Assembly (NCBI GenBank): GCA_002496725.1
Contig: DALI01000067.1
Coordinates: 1 to 47,781 of the forward strand
Reading direction: 5' to 3'
DNA length: 47,781 nt
Source: Euryarchaeota archaeon UBA181
Lineage (GTDB): Archaea > Thermoplasmatota > Poseidoniia > Poseidoniales > Thalassarchaeaceae
The notes under the pieces are model-generated. The model was not told the DNA's origin, did not search any database, and worked only from the letters and a program-made list of their open reading frames with translations. Below are positions 29,524-40,200 of this stretch, one piece after another. Position 1 is the stretch's first letter. Each line of letters begins with the position of its first letter. The translations under genes and the position numbers were made by a program.

Positions 29524-29539
29524 CTATTTTCTTCCCCGT

Positions 29540-29594
29540 TGGCCGAACTTGAGTGTTCTCGCAACCCCCTGCGGCGCGAGGCAAGTCTTAGCCA
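29540..29594 (-). promoter_or_regulatory. Candidate structured 5' leader of korAB
   Basis: Nested helices UGGCU/GGCCA, GACUUG/CAAGUU, CUCGCG/UGCGAG with an apical CC-GCAG-GG, ending 16 nt before the korA ATG. Confidence 0.4.
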
Positions 29595-29671
29595 TTACGC
29601 CGTCTTATCATCAATTTAGCAATCCACTTGCTTCCGCTGTCGTTTTGAAGGATTGCATGTTCGCAACCTTC

Positions 29672-30712
29672 ATGCCTGTACCCGAAGAACTCAGCAATTC
29701 ATGGTCCGAGGCCTCGGCAATGATGGAAAAGGGAGATCACAATCTTGCTCTAGATGAACTAAGAACATCATGGGATCTTTGTGATAATGACTCCCAGAAA
29801 GCCAGTACCCTGAAGTTAGCAGGAGATGCTGGAACCGCCTTAGGGGTGGAAAACCCACAGATGCAGAGGACTCACTGGAGGAAGGCCCTGAAGAGCTATC
29901 GTAACTCCCTAAAGATGGACCCAAAGAACAAGGATACCAGGAAGGCGATGAATAACCTCTCAACATTGATGGACGCTAATGCGATATCCAGAGGGGTTGG
30001 ATTCCAAATGATGGATGAAGGCAACCCCACTCCATTCGGGCTTTTCGCTATTGTAGCAGTAATTATGATGTCCCTAGTAGCCGTCAAGGTAATTTCAGAC
30101 ATGCTCACAGAAGAGGAGGGTAACCCAGTCGTTTCGATGGATGTCTCATATGTTGATTCAGAAACCGGTCAACGAACCATGGGTACAATAGAAATTGAGC
30201 TTTACAGGGATGATGCACCGAAGCACGTTGAGAACTTCATGCTACACTCCTCTCAAGGGAATTACGACTCTACCATATTCCATAGAATAATTGGAGGATT
30301 TATGAATCAAGGAGGAGACATAGATGGAATGAACGGAGTTGGAGGTAATGCGGCTAAGTGGTTCGGGTACTGCAATGGTGAAAGCAGGAGCAGTTCCAGC
30401 GCTTGCGAGCAGAGTCAATGGACAGTTCCAGATGAGGCTAATAACGGTCTGAAGCACAATTCAGGAATGTTGGCAATGGCTAAGACCAACGACCCCAATA
30501 CCGGAGGGAGCCAGTTCTACATCGTACCCACTGGGAGTTCTCCCAGTCACCTGGATGGTGTTCACACAGTATTTGGAGAGGTCCTCAGTGGTATGTCGCA
30601 TGTCGATGCAATCAACAATGTCGCCACTGGAAACAATGATGATGATGAAGAAACAAGTGGTGACCAGCCAATTGATGATGTCATATTGATTACTGCTACT
30701 GTCAACGAATGA
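29672..30712 (+). CDS. TPR - single TM - cyclophilin-type peptidyl-prolyl isomerase
   Basis: The ORF track says '-', but the protein reads on + (TTG CTC ATC TAT at 29516; TGA at 30710-30712). Cyclophilin motifs APKHVENF, FHRIIGGFMNQGGD, GMLAMA, GSQFYI, HLDGVHTVFG. ATG 29672 is about 22 nt after TTTGAAG. Confidence 0.9.
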   Translation: MPVPEELSNSWSEASAMMEKGDHNLALDELRTSWDLCDNDSQKASTLKLAGDAGTALGVENPQMQRTHWRKALKSYRNSLKMDPKNKDTRKAMNNLSTLMDANAISRGVGFQMMDEGNPTPFGLFAIVAVIMMSLVAVKVISDMLTEEEGNPVVSMDVSYVDSETGQRTMGTIEIELYRDDAPKHVENFMLHSSQGNYDSTIFHRIIGGFMNQGGDIDGMNGVGGNAAKWFGYCNGESRSSSSACEQSQWTVPDEANNGLKHNSGMLAMAKTNDPNTGGSQFYIVPTGSSPSHLDGVHTVFGEVLSGMSHVDAINNVATGNNDDDEETSGDQPIDDVILITATVNE

Positions 30713-30774
30713 CTCTAGTACTGTCTTGCAGTCAAGTTGATGGGCGAACCTCTTGTCCACAGGGACGGGTGTCC

Positions 30775-33462
30775 ATGTCAATCGAAGATCCGTTCAGTAG
30801 TATCTCAACTTTTGAGACTGCCAATGGAGATGTTGGAGAGTTCTACAATCTCAATGTATTGGAATCTCTCGGCATCTGTAATCTCAAATCTCTCCCCTTC
30901 ACCATTAGGTGCCTTCTGGAGGCCGCTCTACGCAGGTGCGATGGATTCTTGATCACCGAGGAAGACGTGAGGAATATTGCGGCCTGGTCTCCGAGAATGC
31001 TCCCCTCGGAGATCCCGTTCTCTCCTAGCAGGGTGATTCTTCAGGATTTCACTGGAGTTCCCGCGGTTGTTGATATTGCCGCATTGAGGGATGCAATGGT
31101 GAGTCTCGGAGGAGACCCGGAGAAAGTGAATCCACAGGTTCCTGTGGACTTGGTTGTGGACCACTCTGTACAGGTAGATTACTCGGGTTTATTCCCAGAT
31201 GCCAGAGAGAGGAACTTGGAGATGGAATATCATAGAAATATGGAGAGGTACAAGTTTCTCAAGTGGGGTCAACAGAGTCTAGATAGCTTCAGAGCAGTCC
31301 CTCCCGGCAGAGGAATCGTCCATCAGATTAACTTGGAGTGGATAGCTTCTGTTGCCCGTGAGGAAGATGGAAAGTGGCTACCCGACACCCTCGTAGGAAC
31401 CGATTCACATACTACGATGATCAACGGTCTCGGAGTACTTGGGTGGGGCGTAGGGGGCATAGAGGCCGAAGCTGTGATGCTGGGGCAACCTATCTACATG
31501 CTACTTCCAGAGGTCGTGGGTTTCGAGATTACTGGTAAATCTAGGCCAGGCGTAACAGCTACAGATGTTACTTTGAGAATCGTAGAGTTACTCAGGGAGC
31601 ACGGTTGCGTAGGTAAGTTCGTGGAATTCCATGGAGGCGGACTCTCTAACCTCAGCCTTCCAGATAGGGCAACAATAGCAAATATGGCACCCGAATATGG
31701 AGCTACCTGCGGATTCTTCCCAGTAGACGAGGTAACACTGGATTACATGACTCTCTCAGGAAGGGAAAGCACACATGTTGAGAATGTCAGAAGGTACCTA
31801 ACAGCGCAAGGATTATTCAGAACGGATAGCACACCGTCTCCAGAATTCACCACTTCGCTATCTCTTGATCTAGATACCGTCACTCCTTCCATGGCAGGCC
31901 CTAAAAGACCCCAAGATAGAGTATCTCTATCGGAGATGAAAGATCACTGGAGGGAGAGTCTAAATGCCCCAATAGGGCATCAAGGACATGGTATTGAAAA
32001 TTCTCAGAATGAAGTTAGGTGCGATGTTCCGGATAAGGGGTTCAACCTAGGTCATGGAGATGTTGTCATTGCCGCGATTACCAGCTGTACAAATACTAGT
32101 AATCCTAGTGTGATGGTCGCCGCAGGTTTAGTTGCTAAGAATGCCCATGATCGAGGACTCACAATCAAGCCATGGGTAAAGCCCAGCCTAGCTCCCGGAA
32201 GCAGAGTTGTTACTGAGTACTTAGATGCCAGCGGCCTCACTCCATATTTGGAGAAGCTCGGTTTCAATGTTGTAGGTTATGGATGTACTACATGCATAGG
32301 GAATTCCGGACCCCTCGATTCAGACATAGAGTCAGCTATCGATGAAGGCAGCCTCGTCGTGGCAAGCGTCCTCTCTGGAAATAGGAATTTTGAGGGAAGG
32401 ATTCACCAAAAGATACTCGCAAACTATCTTGCAAGTCCCCCTCTGGTGGTAGCCTACGCTCTCTCAGGGACACTAGACATAGACTTCGAGGTAGATCCGA
32501 TAGGGCACACGCAAGACGGTCAGCCAATTATGCTAGCTGACATATGGCCTAGTGATGAGAATATTCACGAGTCAGTAACATCTTCCATAGGCCCGGAGAT
32601 GTTCAGGCAACGATACTCAGATATCCTCGAGGAGCCCAAGTGGGATTCCATCCCAAGTGCGCCATCTCCCCTTTTCCCCTGGGATGATGATTCTACATAC
32701 ATACGATTACCTAGTTTTCTAGAGGGAATCTCATCGACTCCAGAACCTATAGAAACTATACAATCAGCAAGAGTTTTACTTAAGCTTGGAGATTCAGTAA
32801 CTACAGATCATATCAGTCCCGCTGGAGCATTCCCAAAGGACGGACCAGCAGGAAGCTATCTCATTGAAAGAGGGGTAAATCAGAGGGAATTCAACTCTTT
32901 TGGAAGTAGAAGAGGAAATCACGAGGTCATGATGAGGGGGACCTTTGCTAATGTCAGAATCAGAAATGAACTCGCCCCCGGTACAGAGGGGGGCTTCACC
33001 ACACACCTCCCATCCGGCGAAGTAACTTCTATCTTCGATGCGAGTAGGAAATACATTTCTGAAGGAACGGATCTAGTCGTTCTTGCCGGCTCTCAGTATG
33101 GTACCGGAAGTAGCAGAGACTGGGCCGCCAAGGGGACATTACTCCTTGGAATAAAAGCCGTGATAGCAACCTCCTTCGAAAGGATACACAGATCAAATCT
33201 CGTTGGCATGGGCGTTTTACCTCTCACATTTCCAGATGGTGAAGACGCGAACTCACTAGGGCTCGACGGATCTGAATTAATTGACATCCCCGCTTCAGGA
33301 GATCTAGCCCCACTCTCTCAGATCGAGGTCACTGCAAGAAAGTCAGATGGCACAATGGTGATTTTCCCTGCTACAGTCAGGCTAGACACTCCTGTCGATG
33401 TCGATTACTATCGAAATGGCGGTATCCTACAGACAGTACTGAGAAAACTAGCTAGTCAGTAA
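30775..33462 (+). CDS. acnA: Aconitate hydratase A (AcnA/IRP1 type)
   Basis: QDFTGVP, VDHSVQ, GIVHQINLE, GTDSHT, AAITSCTNTSNP, GYGCTTCIGNSG, SGNRNFEGR, TTDHISP, GSSRDWAAKG. Confidence 0.97.
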   Translation: MSIEDPFSSISTFETANGDVGEFYNLNVLESLGICNLKSLPFTIRCLLEAALRRCDGFLITEEDVRNIAAWSPRMLPSEIPFSPSRVILQDFTGVPAVVDIAALRDAMVSLGGDPEKVNPQVPVDLVVDHSVQVDYSGLFPDARERNLEMEYHRNMERYKFLKWGQQSLDSFRAVPPGRGIVHQINLEWIASVAREEDGKWLPDTLVGTDSHTTMINGLGVLGWGVGGIEAEAVMLGQPIYMLLPEVVGFEITGKSRPGVTATDVTLRIVELLREHGCVGKFVEFHGGGLSNLSLPDRATIANMAPEYGATCGFFPVDEVTLDYMTLSGRESTHVENVRRYLTAQGLFRTDSTPSPEFTTSLSLDLDTVTPSMAGPKRPQDRVSLSEMKDHWRESLNAPIGHQGHGIENSQNEVRCDVPDKGFNLGHGDVVIAAITSCTNTSNPSVMVAAGLVAKNAHDRGLTIKPWVKPSLAPGSRVVTEYLDASGLTPYLEKLGFNVVGYGCTTCIGNSGPLDSDIESAIDEGSLVVASVLSGNRNFEGRIHQKILANYLASPPLVVAYALSGTLDIDFEVDPIGHTQDGQPIMLADIWPSDENIHESVTSSIGPEMFRQRYSDILEEPKWDSIPSAPSPLFPWDDDSTYIRLPSFLEGISSTPEPIETIQSARVLLKLGDSVTTDHISPAGAFPKDGPAGSYLIERGVNQREFNSFGSRRGNHEVMMRGTFANVRIRNELAPGTEGGFTTHLPSGEVTSIFDASRKYISEGTDLVVLAGSQYGTGSSRDWAAKGTLLLGIKAVIATSFERIHRSNLVGMGVLPLTFPDGEDANSLGLDGSELIDIPASGDLAPLSQIEVTARKSDGTMVIFPATVRLDTPVDVDYYRNGGILQTVLRKLASQ

Positions 33463-33508
33463 CCGGGTTAATAGGCGATGGGCCACACTGAGTTAATGGA
33501 GATGTATT

Positions 33509-34147
33509 ATGGGAGCCTCTAGGAGGATGAGATTTAGGCATAGGTCTAGGTCCAATGATGTGGATATAATACTCGAGGGTTCAGAGGAGTTCGTAAGCTC
33601 CGTACGCTCTTCAATTGGCATCAAAGGAGCAATGGGTTTCCTTCGGGAAATTCAAGAAAGATCTAGCCCATACACTATGGACTCAGAACATGGTGAATCA
33701 CCCTCGCTACAGCAGGAAAGAAAGCTCCCCGGTCCACCTCCAAATCCCTCGAGTATACCATCTGTGGTAAGGACAGTTGGCGACTTAAATCTGGATGATG
33801 CGATATCGGGATTGCGGACCTCGGAACAGAGTGATCCAGACATCTCGGCACTAGAGGATTTCATCTCTGAGGTAGAGCCTCCAGAACCATTATCCAACCC
33901 GCTCTCAGCCGATCCAATGGCCGAAGCTTGGCTACAGCTAATTCTGACGATGGTAGTCAGAGAACATGGTCATACATCCCTATCGATATCTGATATTCAG
34001 AGGCTTATTGGTGAGAAGGTCAGCAAAGGAGAGATTGAGCTCAAGGTCTTCCTAGATAGGCTTTGGAAGCTAGGTAAATTGGAAAGAATACATGGAGGCG
34101 CTGAGGACCACTACTCTCCAAATCCAAGTTGGTTAGAGTCTCACTAA
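33509..34147 (+). CDS. Hypothetical protein with a possible C-terminal winged helix
   Basis: Fills the gap between acnA and the giant gene. C-terminus LSISDIQRLI...FLDRLWKLGKLERI...HYSPN resembles a wHTH. Confidence 0.7.
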   Translation: MGASRRMRFRHRSRSNDVDIILEGSEEFVSSVRSSIGIKGAMGFLREIQERSSPYTMDSEHGESPSLQQERKLPGPPPNPSSIPSVVRTVGDLNLDDAISGLRTSEQSDPDISALEDFISEVEPPEPLSNPLSADPMAEAWLQLILTMVVREHGHTSLSISDIQRLIGEKVSKGEIELKVFLDRLWKLGKLERIHGGAEDHYSPNPSWLESH

Positions 34148-34187
34148 ATCGTATTCCTCGCATATTCTGGTGTGCATCACAACCTAA

Positions 34188-34213
34188 TTTTTATCACAAC
34201 CCCTATGGGGTTG
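34188..34213 (+). promoter_or_regulatory. TATA-like box plus perfect inverted repeat upstream of the giant surface protein gene
   Basis: TTTTTATCA (34188-34196), then CAACCCC-tat-GGGGTTG (34197-34213). A direct repeat ATCACAACC lies at 34176 and 34193. Confidence 0.5.
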
Positions 34214-34265
34214 CTCCGCGCATTCTTAGACAAGGCATAAGAGCGAGCCGAATGTCCCAACGACT

Positions 34266-37200
34266 ATGTCGCTTAGTTCGCAGACCGCTCATGATAGATT
34301 CAAACAGGGAAGGAAGGCACTGTTTCTTGTGTTCCTTATGTTGGCAATGCCACTCGCCTCATTTGTTCCAGGAGCAAGTGCATCCCACATCACACAGTAC
34401 GCTGTTCAGAGAGATCCATCTGACATCGCAGTTGGAGACCTTAATTGTGACGGATCTAATGATATTGTTTCAGCAAGTGCTATGGGTCATTTCATCACTA
34501 CGCTGTACAATGATGGCTCTGGCGGATTCGCGGACAGGCAGGATGTCTTTATCTCAAATAATAACTCTCAAAGAGCCGGGTTCGTCGATACTGCGAACGG
34601 TGTCGATGTTGAAGTCGCAGACATAAATGGCGATGGAATAAATGACATAGTCTACTACCAAGAAAATATTAGATTTTCCAGTGAAACATTCGTGAGACCA
34701 GGAAATCTCACCATTCTCTTTGGCGATTGTAATGCGGCTGTGAATACGTGGTCTGAAACTGCTATAACGATCTCAAACCCCTATCACATTAGTATGGAGG
34801 TTGGAGACATTAACGATGATGGGGATGATGACATAGTTTTAGTCACGATAGACGCCTCGTTTTCTAACCAATATATCCAAGTATTCCGTGGCCCCGATCC
34901 AAGCCTAGTAACAAATCAACAGGTCCTCATAGTTCCATTGACGAGTGGCCAATACACGAATGTCCATCTCGGGCATTGGGGTGAGTCCGTACAGGGAGCT
35001 GGAATAGGAGCGCCAATTGGGGACTGTGAGGATTTGGACTTGTGGATTCTAAGAACCCCTCCTTACAATGCCGGAGTTGGATTCTCAGTCGGACATTATG
35101 ATAATATCACTGTTCTCGAGTATGATTGCGTTCAAGACCAGTTCCCCAATCCCATGACACCTACCGCTCAGGGGATTCATCAGTTCAAGATGGATGCAGA
35201 ACACAACCGCCCGATGGAGGGAATGGATATTTCCGATACAGATGGAGATGGTGAGGTTGACATGATAGCAGTAGTGGACGGCCTAACTGGTAACATTTCG
35301 TATGCATCGAAATCAGGAAGCCAATGGGATACGCAAAACTACGTAACTCTGGGAGATTACAAAGGTGCTTCGATAACTATCGAAGACGTGAATAGAGATG
35401 GGGAGGTCGATTTCTTCGTTCCAACCGAGCTCACCCTAACTAGGGTTCAGGACTCCTCTGCTCAGAACCAGACTTTCCTTCTGCTTGATAATCTCAGGGA
35501 GATAAATACCGTAGAGATCATACTAGCTGATTCCAATGGTCCAGGCTATCTTTCGTCATTGTCATTCGATGTAGGTAGGAGGCCCACCATGGCAGTTCCT
35601 GGTCAGTTGCAAGGAGGGGACGACAGTGCCTTCGAGATCATCATTGGCCAGAGGGACTACGGATACAGGTTTGCGAACAATGCCATGTGGTTGGATACAC
35701 TAGGAAGGGCAGGCGCAGGGGACTTCCTTTCAGTTCTCACGTTAGACAATGAGGATATGGGGATCACCCAATTAACAATCGAACCAGCTTCCTACAACCC
35801 CTCGACGGGAGAGTCCCAGATTGGAGAGGGAACTAGATTCGTAAATGTCACAGTAAAAAATACAGGGCTCAATCCCCTCTCAGGATCTATTAACGTAGAC
35901 TTAGAGGTGAAGGAAGTTCTAGGCGGATCAGACACGATAGTGTATAGCAATAATTTCGATGGCATTGAAGATGATACCAACTGCCCAGCATGTTCCTTCT
36001 CCAAGGTCTCATACACTGGTATGTATGGTCCCGGAGCTTCCTCATGGCATGAGGAGTCGAATGCTTCTGTTGATGCCAACGGAACCTCCACCGATGACCC
36101 GTGGGAGGCTGACTACAATCCCACTACTTACATGTGGGCTGGTCTAGATTATCAAGGACTAGACAATCAGTCTGGCTATTTCAACAACATGGATGAGGCA
36201 CTGATTCTTGAGAATGTAGACCTAACTGGCGCTGATGCCGCTTACCTAGATATCTCATTGATGTGTTCCGCCGCATTCTTCGAGCTTTACCTGGCTGAAC
36301 CCTACACTGTTCGTGAGAGGTGGATGTATGAGGATTCATGTGGGATCGAGGTTTGGTCCGAAGGCAGCGGTTGGGAATCAGTCTTCTTCAGCGGCGGTTG
36401 GGACAATGAGAGACTTTACAGGATTTTATTCGGAGGAGTTGACCCAGAATACAACGAGTATGATTTCAATAATTACTACCAAACCCTAACCGGGTGGAAC
36501 GATTACGTGGAGGATGGAGGAGAATCCGAAGACCCGAATGAGAGGGAATCTATCGATCTAACCCCATACGCAGGACAGGTTGTAGATATCCGATTCAGGT
36601 TCAGGAGCGGACTCCTCGGTACCGTCGGTCCTGAAGGGTCATCATATGATACCGAGTGGGATGGTTTCGCCTTCGATAACATTACAATAAGGAAAAGGGA
36701 TGTGACATTCGGCACAGAAGAGGTTGTCTCCGACACACTCACGTTCTCTAATTTTGCCGCTGGTTCATCAGAGGAAGTCTCACTTGAAGCCTTCTTCAGG
36801 GATAATACGACCTATCTGATAAAGACCGAACTAACCAGTCCCTCGGGATTCCAGAACAGCGATTCTACCAATGACGAGATAAAGTTCCAAACAACCGTAA
36901 ACAATCTATTCGACCCAGGGCTTGCAGAAGAGCCATGGACGAATCTTGAGAACGGTGTAAGGTATGCTTCCGGTACTAGGGATGTCGAAGTGAGGGCTAC
37001 AAATTGGGGAAATACCCTGACGGACTTCTCTCTCAAGGCAGAAATTTACAATGCTGAGCCAGATCTCGTTGGGATTGAAGATTTCTCTGGCGTAGATCCG
37101 ATTTGGACCGATGATGGTAACGGGAATGGCAGCAGAATCGATGATTCATCTGGATCAAATGACATGTTACCTCAAAATGTTGGAGTGTTCAAGAACTTCG

Positions 37201-40200
37201 CTTACTGGTTAGGCGATCCCGATGCTGGTTATGGAGACGGATGGAATGAGACTGTAACTCTAGATCCCATTCCGATTGCCGCATCTGGTACGGACTTCAC
37301 ATATCTCACATTCGACTATTATGCGGAGGGCGACTTCCTGCAAGACTCTCAAGGTAATATTCTGGCGGTCAGAGACGCAGCAAATCTAGAGCTTACATGG
37401 ACTAAAGATGGAGAGTTGTACCAAGGCGATGCATATGGGAGCTGGACAGACCTGAACGAGAATGGAATCCAGAATACGAACCCTGAAGATCCAAATTTCC
37501 ACAGATGTGAGGACTTCGATTTGAATGGTTATGACGAAGTCGAGTATTTCGGAGATCACTCTGACAACATCAATTCAGTGGTCTGGTTCGATTCCGAGAG
37601 TATAATGAAATCAATCACATTAGATCTAACCCATATTGTCATCTTGAACAAAACTAGCTCTGACTCCACTGAATGGAGGGATGAGTGCACCTCTCTAGCA
37701 GGCTCCGAATTAAGCTTGACTTGGAGATTCCAATCTAACGAAGACGGCATTAATGGAAATGCAGGGTTAGCAGGATTCGCTGTTGATAACATACGAGTGG
37801 AACAATTCACCTTCGAGTTCGATGCTAACTATACAGAAGAGGTCACCGGACTGGATGCATCTGAGTCATCCACCATTACCTTCACAGACCACGATTTCGA
37901 GAGTGGTATCTACAGGATAGATGCCATGACCCTCATGGACACCACCGATCCTACCAAGGCGTGGTATGAGGCGTCCGAGACCAATCTTGCGAACAACATA
38001 TCATCAGTTATATTCAGTATTGCCAGTGCAGAGATTACTCTGATGCAACCCGATGTGATGGAGTGCGTTACTGATATCACGTACGAGTGCGTATACCCAA
38101 TAGACGACCAGGCAATGCACAGTTTCTCTGTACCGCTTCTTAATGGAGTCATAGATGGAGATTACACTCTGACAATGTCGATTCAAGATCTTACTACGAA
38201 TCAGCAGGTTTTCGAGCAAACGGCAGATAACGGTCCATTCGCTCTAGAGCCTCACCAGAGAGACTGGGCGAATTGGTCCCAACCGTTCAATTCATGGGCA
38301 GACGGTCATACATACAACATCAGCTTCTATGCAGATGTCACAAAGGAAGACAATACAGTCGAGCCATCTGGAAATGTTCGCTTCTTCATCATTACATTCT
38401 ACGATCGAATCGATGTGGCGATACTTTCCAATCCAACAGATCAAAACCGTCTTCAGATGGTGAAGTCAGATCTACAGTCAATGGATATGAGTTACACTCA
38501 GATGAGACTCGATAACTGGGATGACTACGCTACACCATCATGGCTAGAACACTATGACAAGGTGTTACTGCCTTGGCAGACTGACTACAACGTCTACTAC
38601 GGTGAATACTACGACAAGCTAGCCTCGACCAGGTCTTCAGACGGACTCTCTGTCGCGGAAACGCTCGAGCAGTTCATGGTCCAAGGTGGCACCACTCAGA
38701 TTCACCTAGGACCTTACAGAGACGCTTACCAGCCTACAAACCTGCCATTCGGCATGGACATAGCAATGAGGAATCAGGTTAATTTCACTGAGGACAATAG
38801 AATTCTCAGTGATGAAATAACCATTGTTGATCAGTTCCACCCACTACTGGAAAATGTCGACTCTTCTGCTTTCAGTGCAATAAACGGCGGTACCCACGTG
38901 GCTCTCGCTGGCCTGGATACTGCGCAAGTACAACTCACACAGGTCCCACAAGTCTGTGGGGGAAGAATCAGTGACCCCACTGGGACATTCCACACACTGA
39001 TCAGAGACAACACATACGAATCTCAATCACTTCTTTCGATATGCAATAGAGGAGCAGGAGGAATGATAGTTACAACCATAGATGTGGAGAATCCAAGTGT
39101 CACTCAGGCTTATGGCGGAGAGCAGATACCAATACTCTCCAACCTCCTTGACTACAAGCTGACCCCTTACCCCGTAGAATTCGGAATTGCTGGAGAAGGA
39201 TATGATTTGACAGTCAATGGACAGTCCCCCTCCATAGATTCCATCACCGGGGCTTACTCGACAATGTACATCAAGAGTAATTCTGAGCTTTCCTTCGACT
39301 ATGTGACAAATATTCCAGGCATATTAGCCGATTGGACCCTATCCTCGGGAAACAATGACTCAGTTACCGGTTGGGATGGGGCGATTATTGACTCTGGAGA
39401 AATAAGCCATACCCAACAATCCGCTCCTGAGATACCAACTCTAGGATCATTCTGCGTTGCAAACACATCATCCGACACGGGTTGTAGGATAGGAGCCGAA
39501 TGGATGCTAACTCTGTATCTGCATGATGAAGAGGGCCACACTAGAATCACTTATATCAGGCTTGTAACAGATGATACCCTGGCCGATGAATTCAGGCCAT
39601 TGGCATCAGCATCAATTCTATCCAATTCAGCAATTACAGATTTCATAGCTTTGGATGGGACCAAGACAGTAGCTGGAAAGGACTGGCCAATATACCGGGT
39701 CAGACTCACTGAGACAGGCGATATTAGCCTGTCTTTCACCGCTGAGAACAGTACTGATCCAGACGCTCCCGAGGGGGAATCGGGGATCGAGCTATTCGAA
39801 TGGAAGGTCTTCTTCGACTACCCATGGGACAGCCAGAGTCCCACTCTAGAGGGTCACGAGTTCCAAGTCCCCGCATCGGCAACCGATGAGTGGACATACA
39901 CATTCAGGAATCTTACAAGTAACCCTGAAGGAACCCTGGAAAACGAAATTCGGGTCGAGCTGATAGTTTACGACAAGGCAGGAAAGCAAAGTGAGAAGCA
40001 CAGGATGTACTTCATCGTGGTAGGTGAGGACTTTGGTGATGAGCCACCGTTAGTACAATTCACAGCACCAAGGCCTACGGATTCCCAGAGGGAAGATCTC
40101 GTAGTTCTAACTGGAAATCTAATCTCAGGGGCAGAGAATGGTGATGTCAAGATAGAAGTCGCTCTAGACTCATCAGTCCTAGATTACTCTAGCTCTCAGA

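Noticed and set aside
29516-30712. ORF track entry placing the 398-aa protein on the minus strand
   Set aside because: The listed translation matches the plus strand from TTG 29516 to TGA 30712. The first ~52 codons overlap the korA start and promoter region and are probably untranslated.
13954-33462. Apparent clustering of heme and Fe-S enzymes (ctaAB, kynA, korAB, acnA) as an iron island
   Set aside because: They are interspersed with unrelated housekeeping genes, and I saw no DtxR-type palindrome at their promoters.
34129-34626. 165-aa plus-strand ORF and the many short antisense ORFs in the track
   Set aside because: They overlap well-supported genes in other frames and have no recognisable motifs; treated as shadow ORFs.
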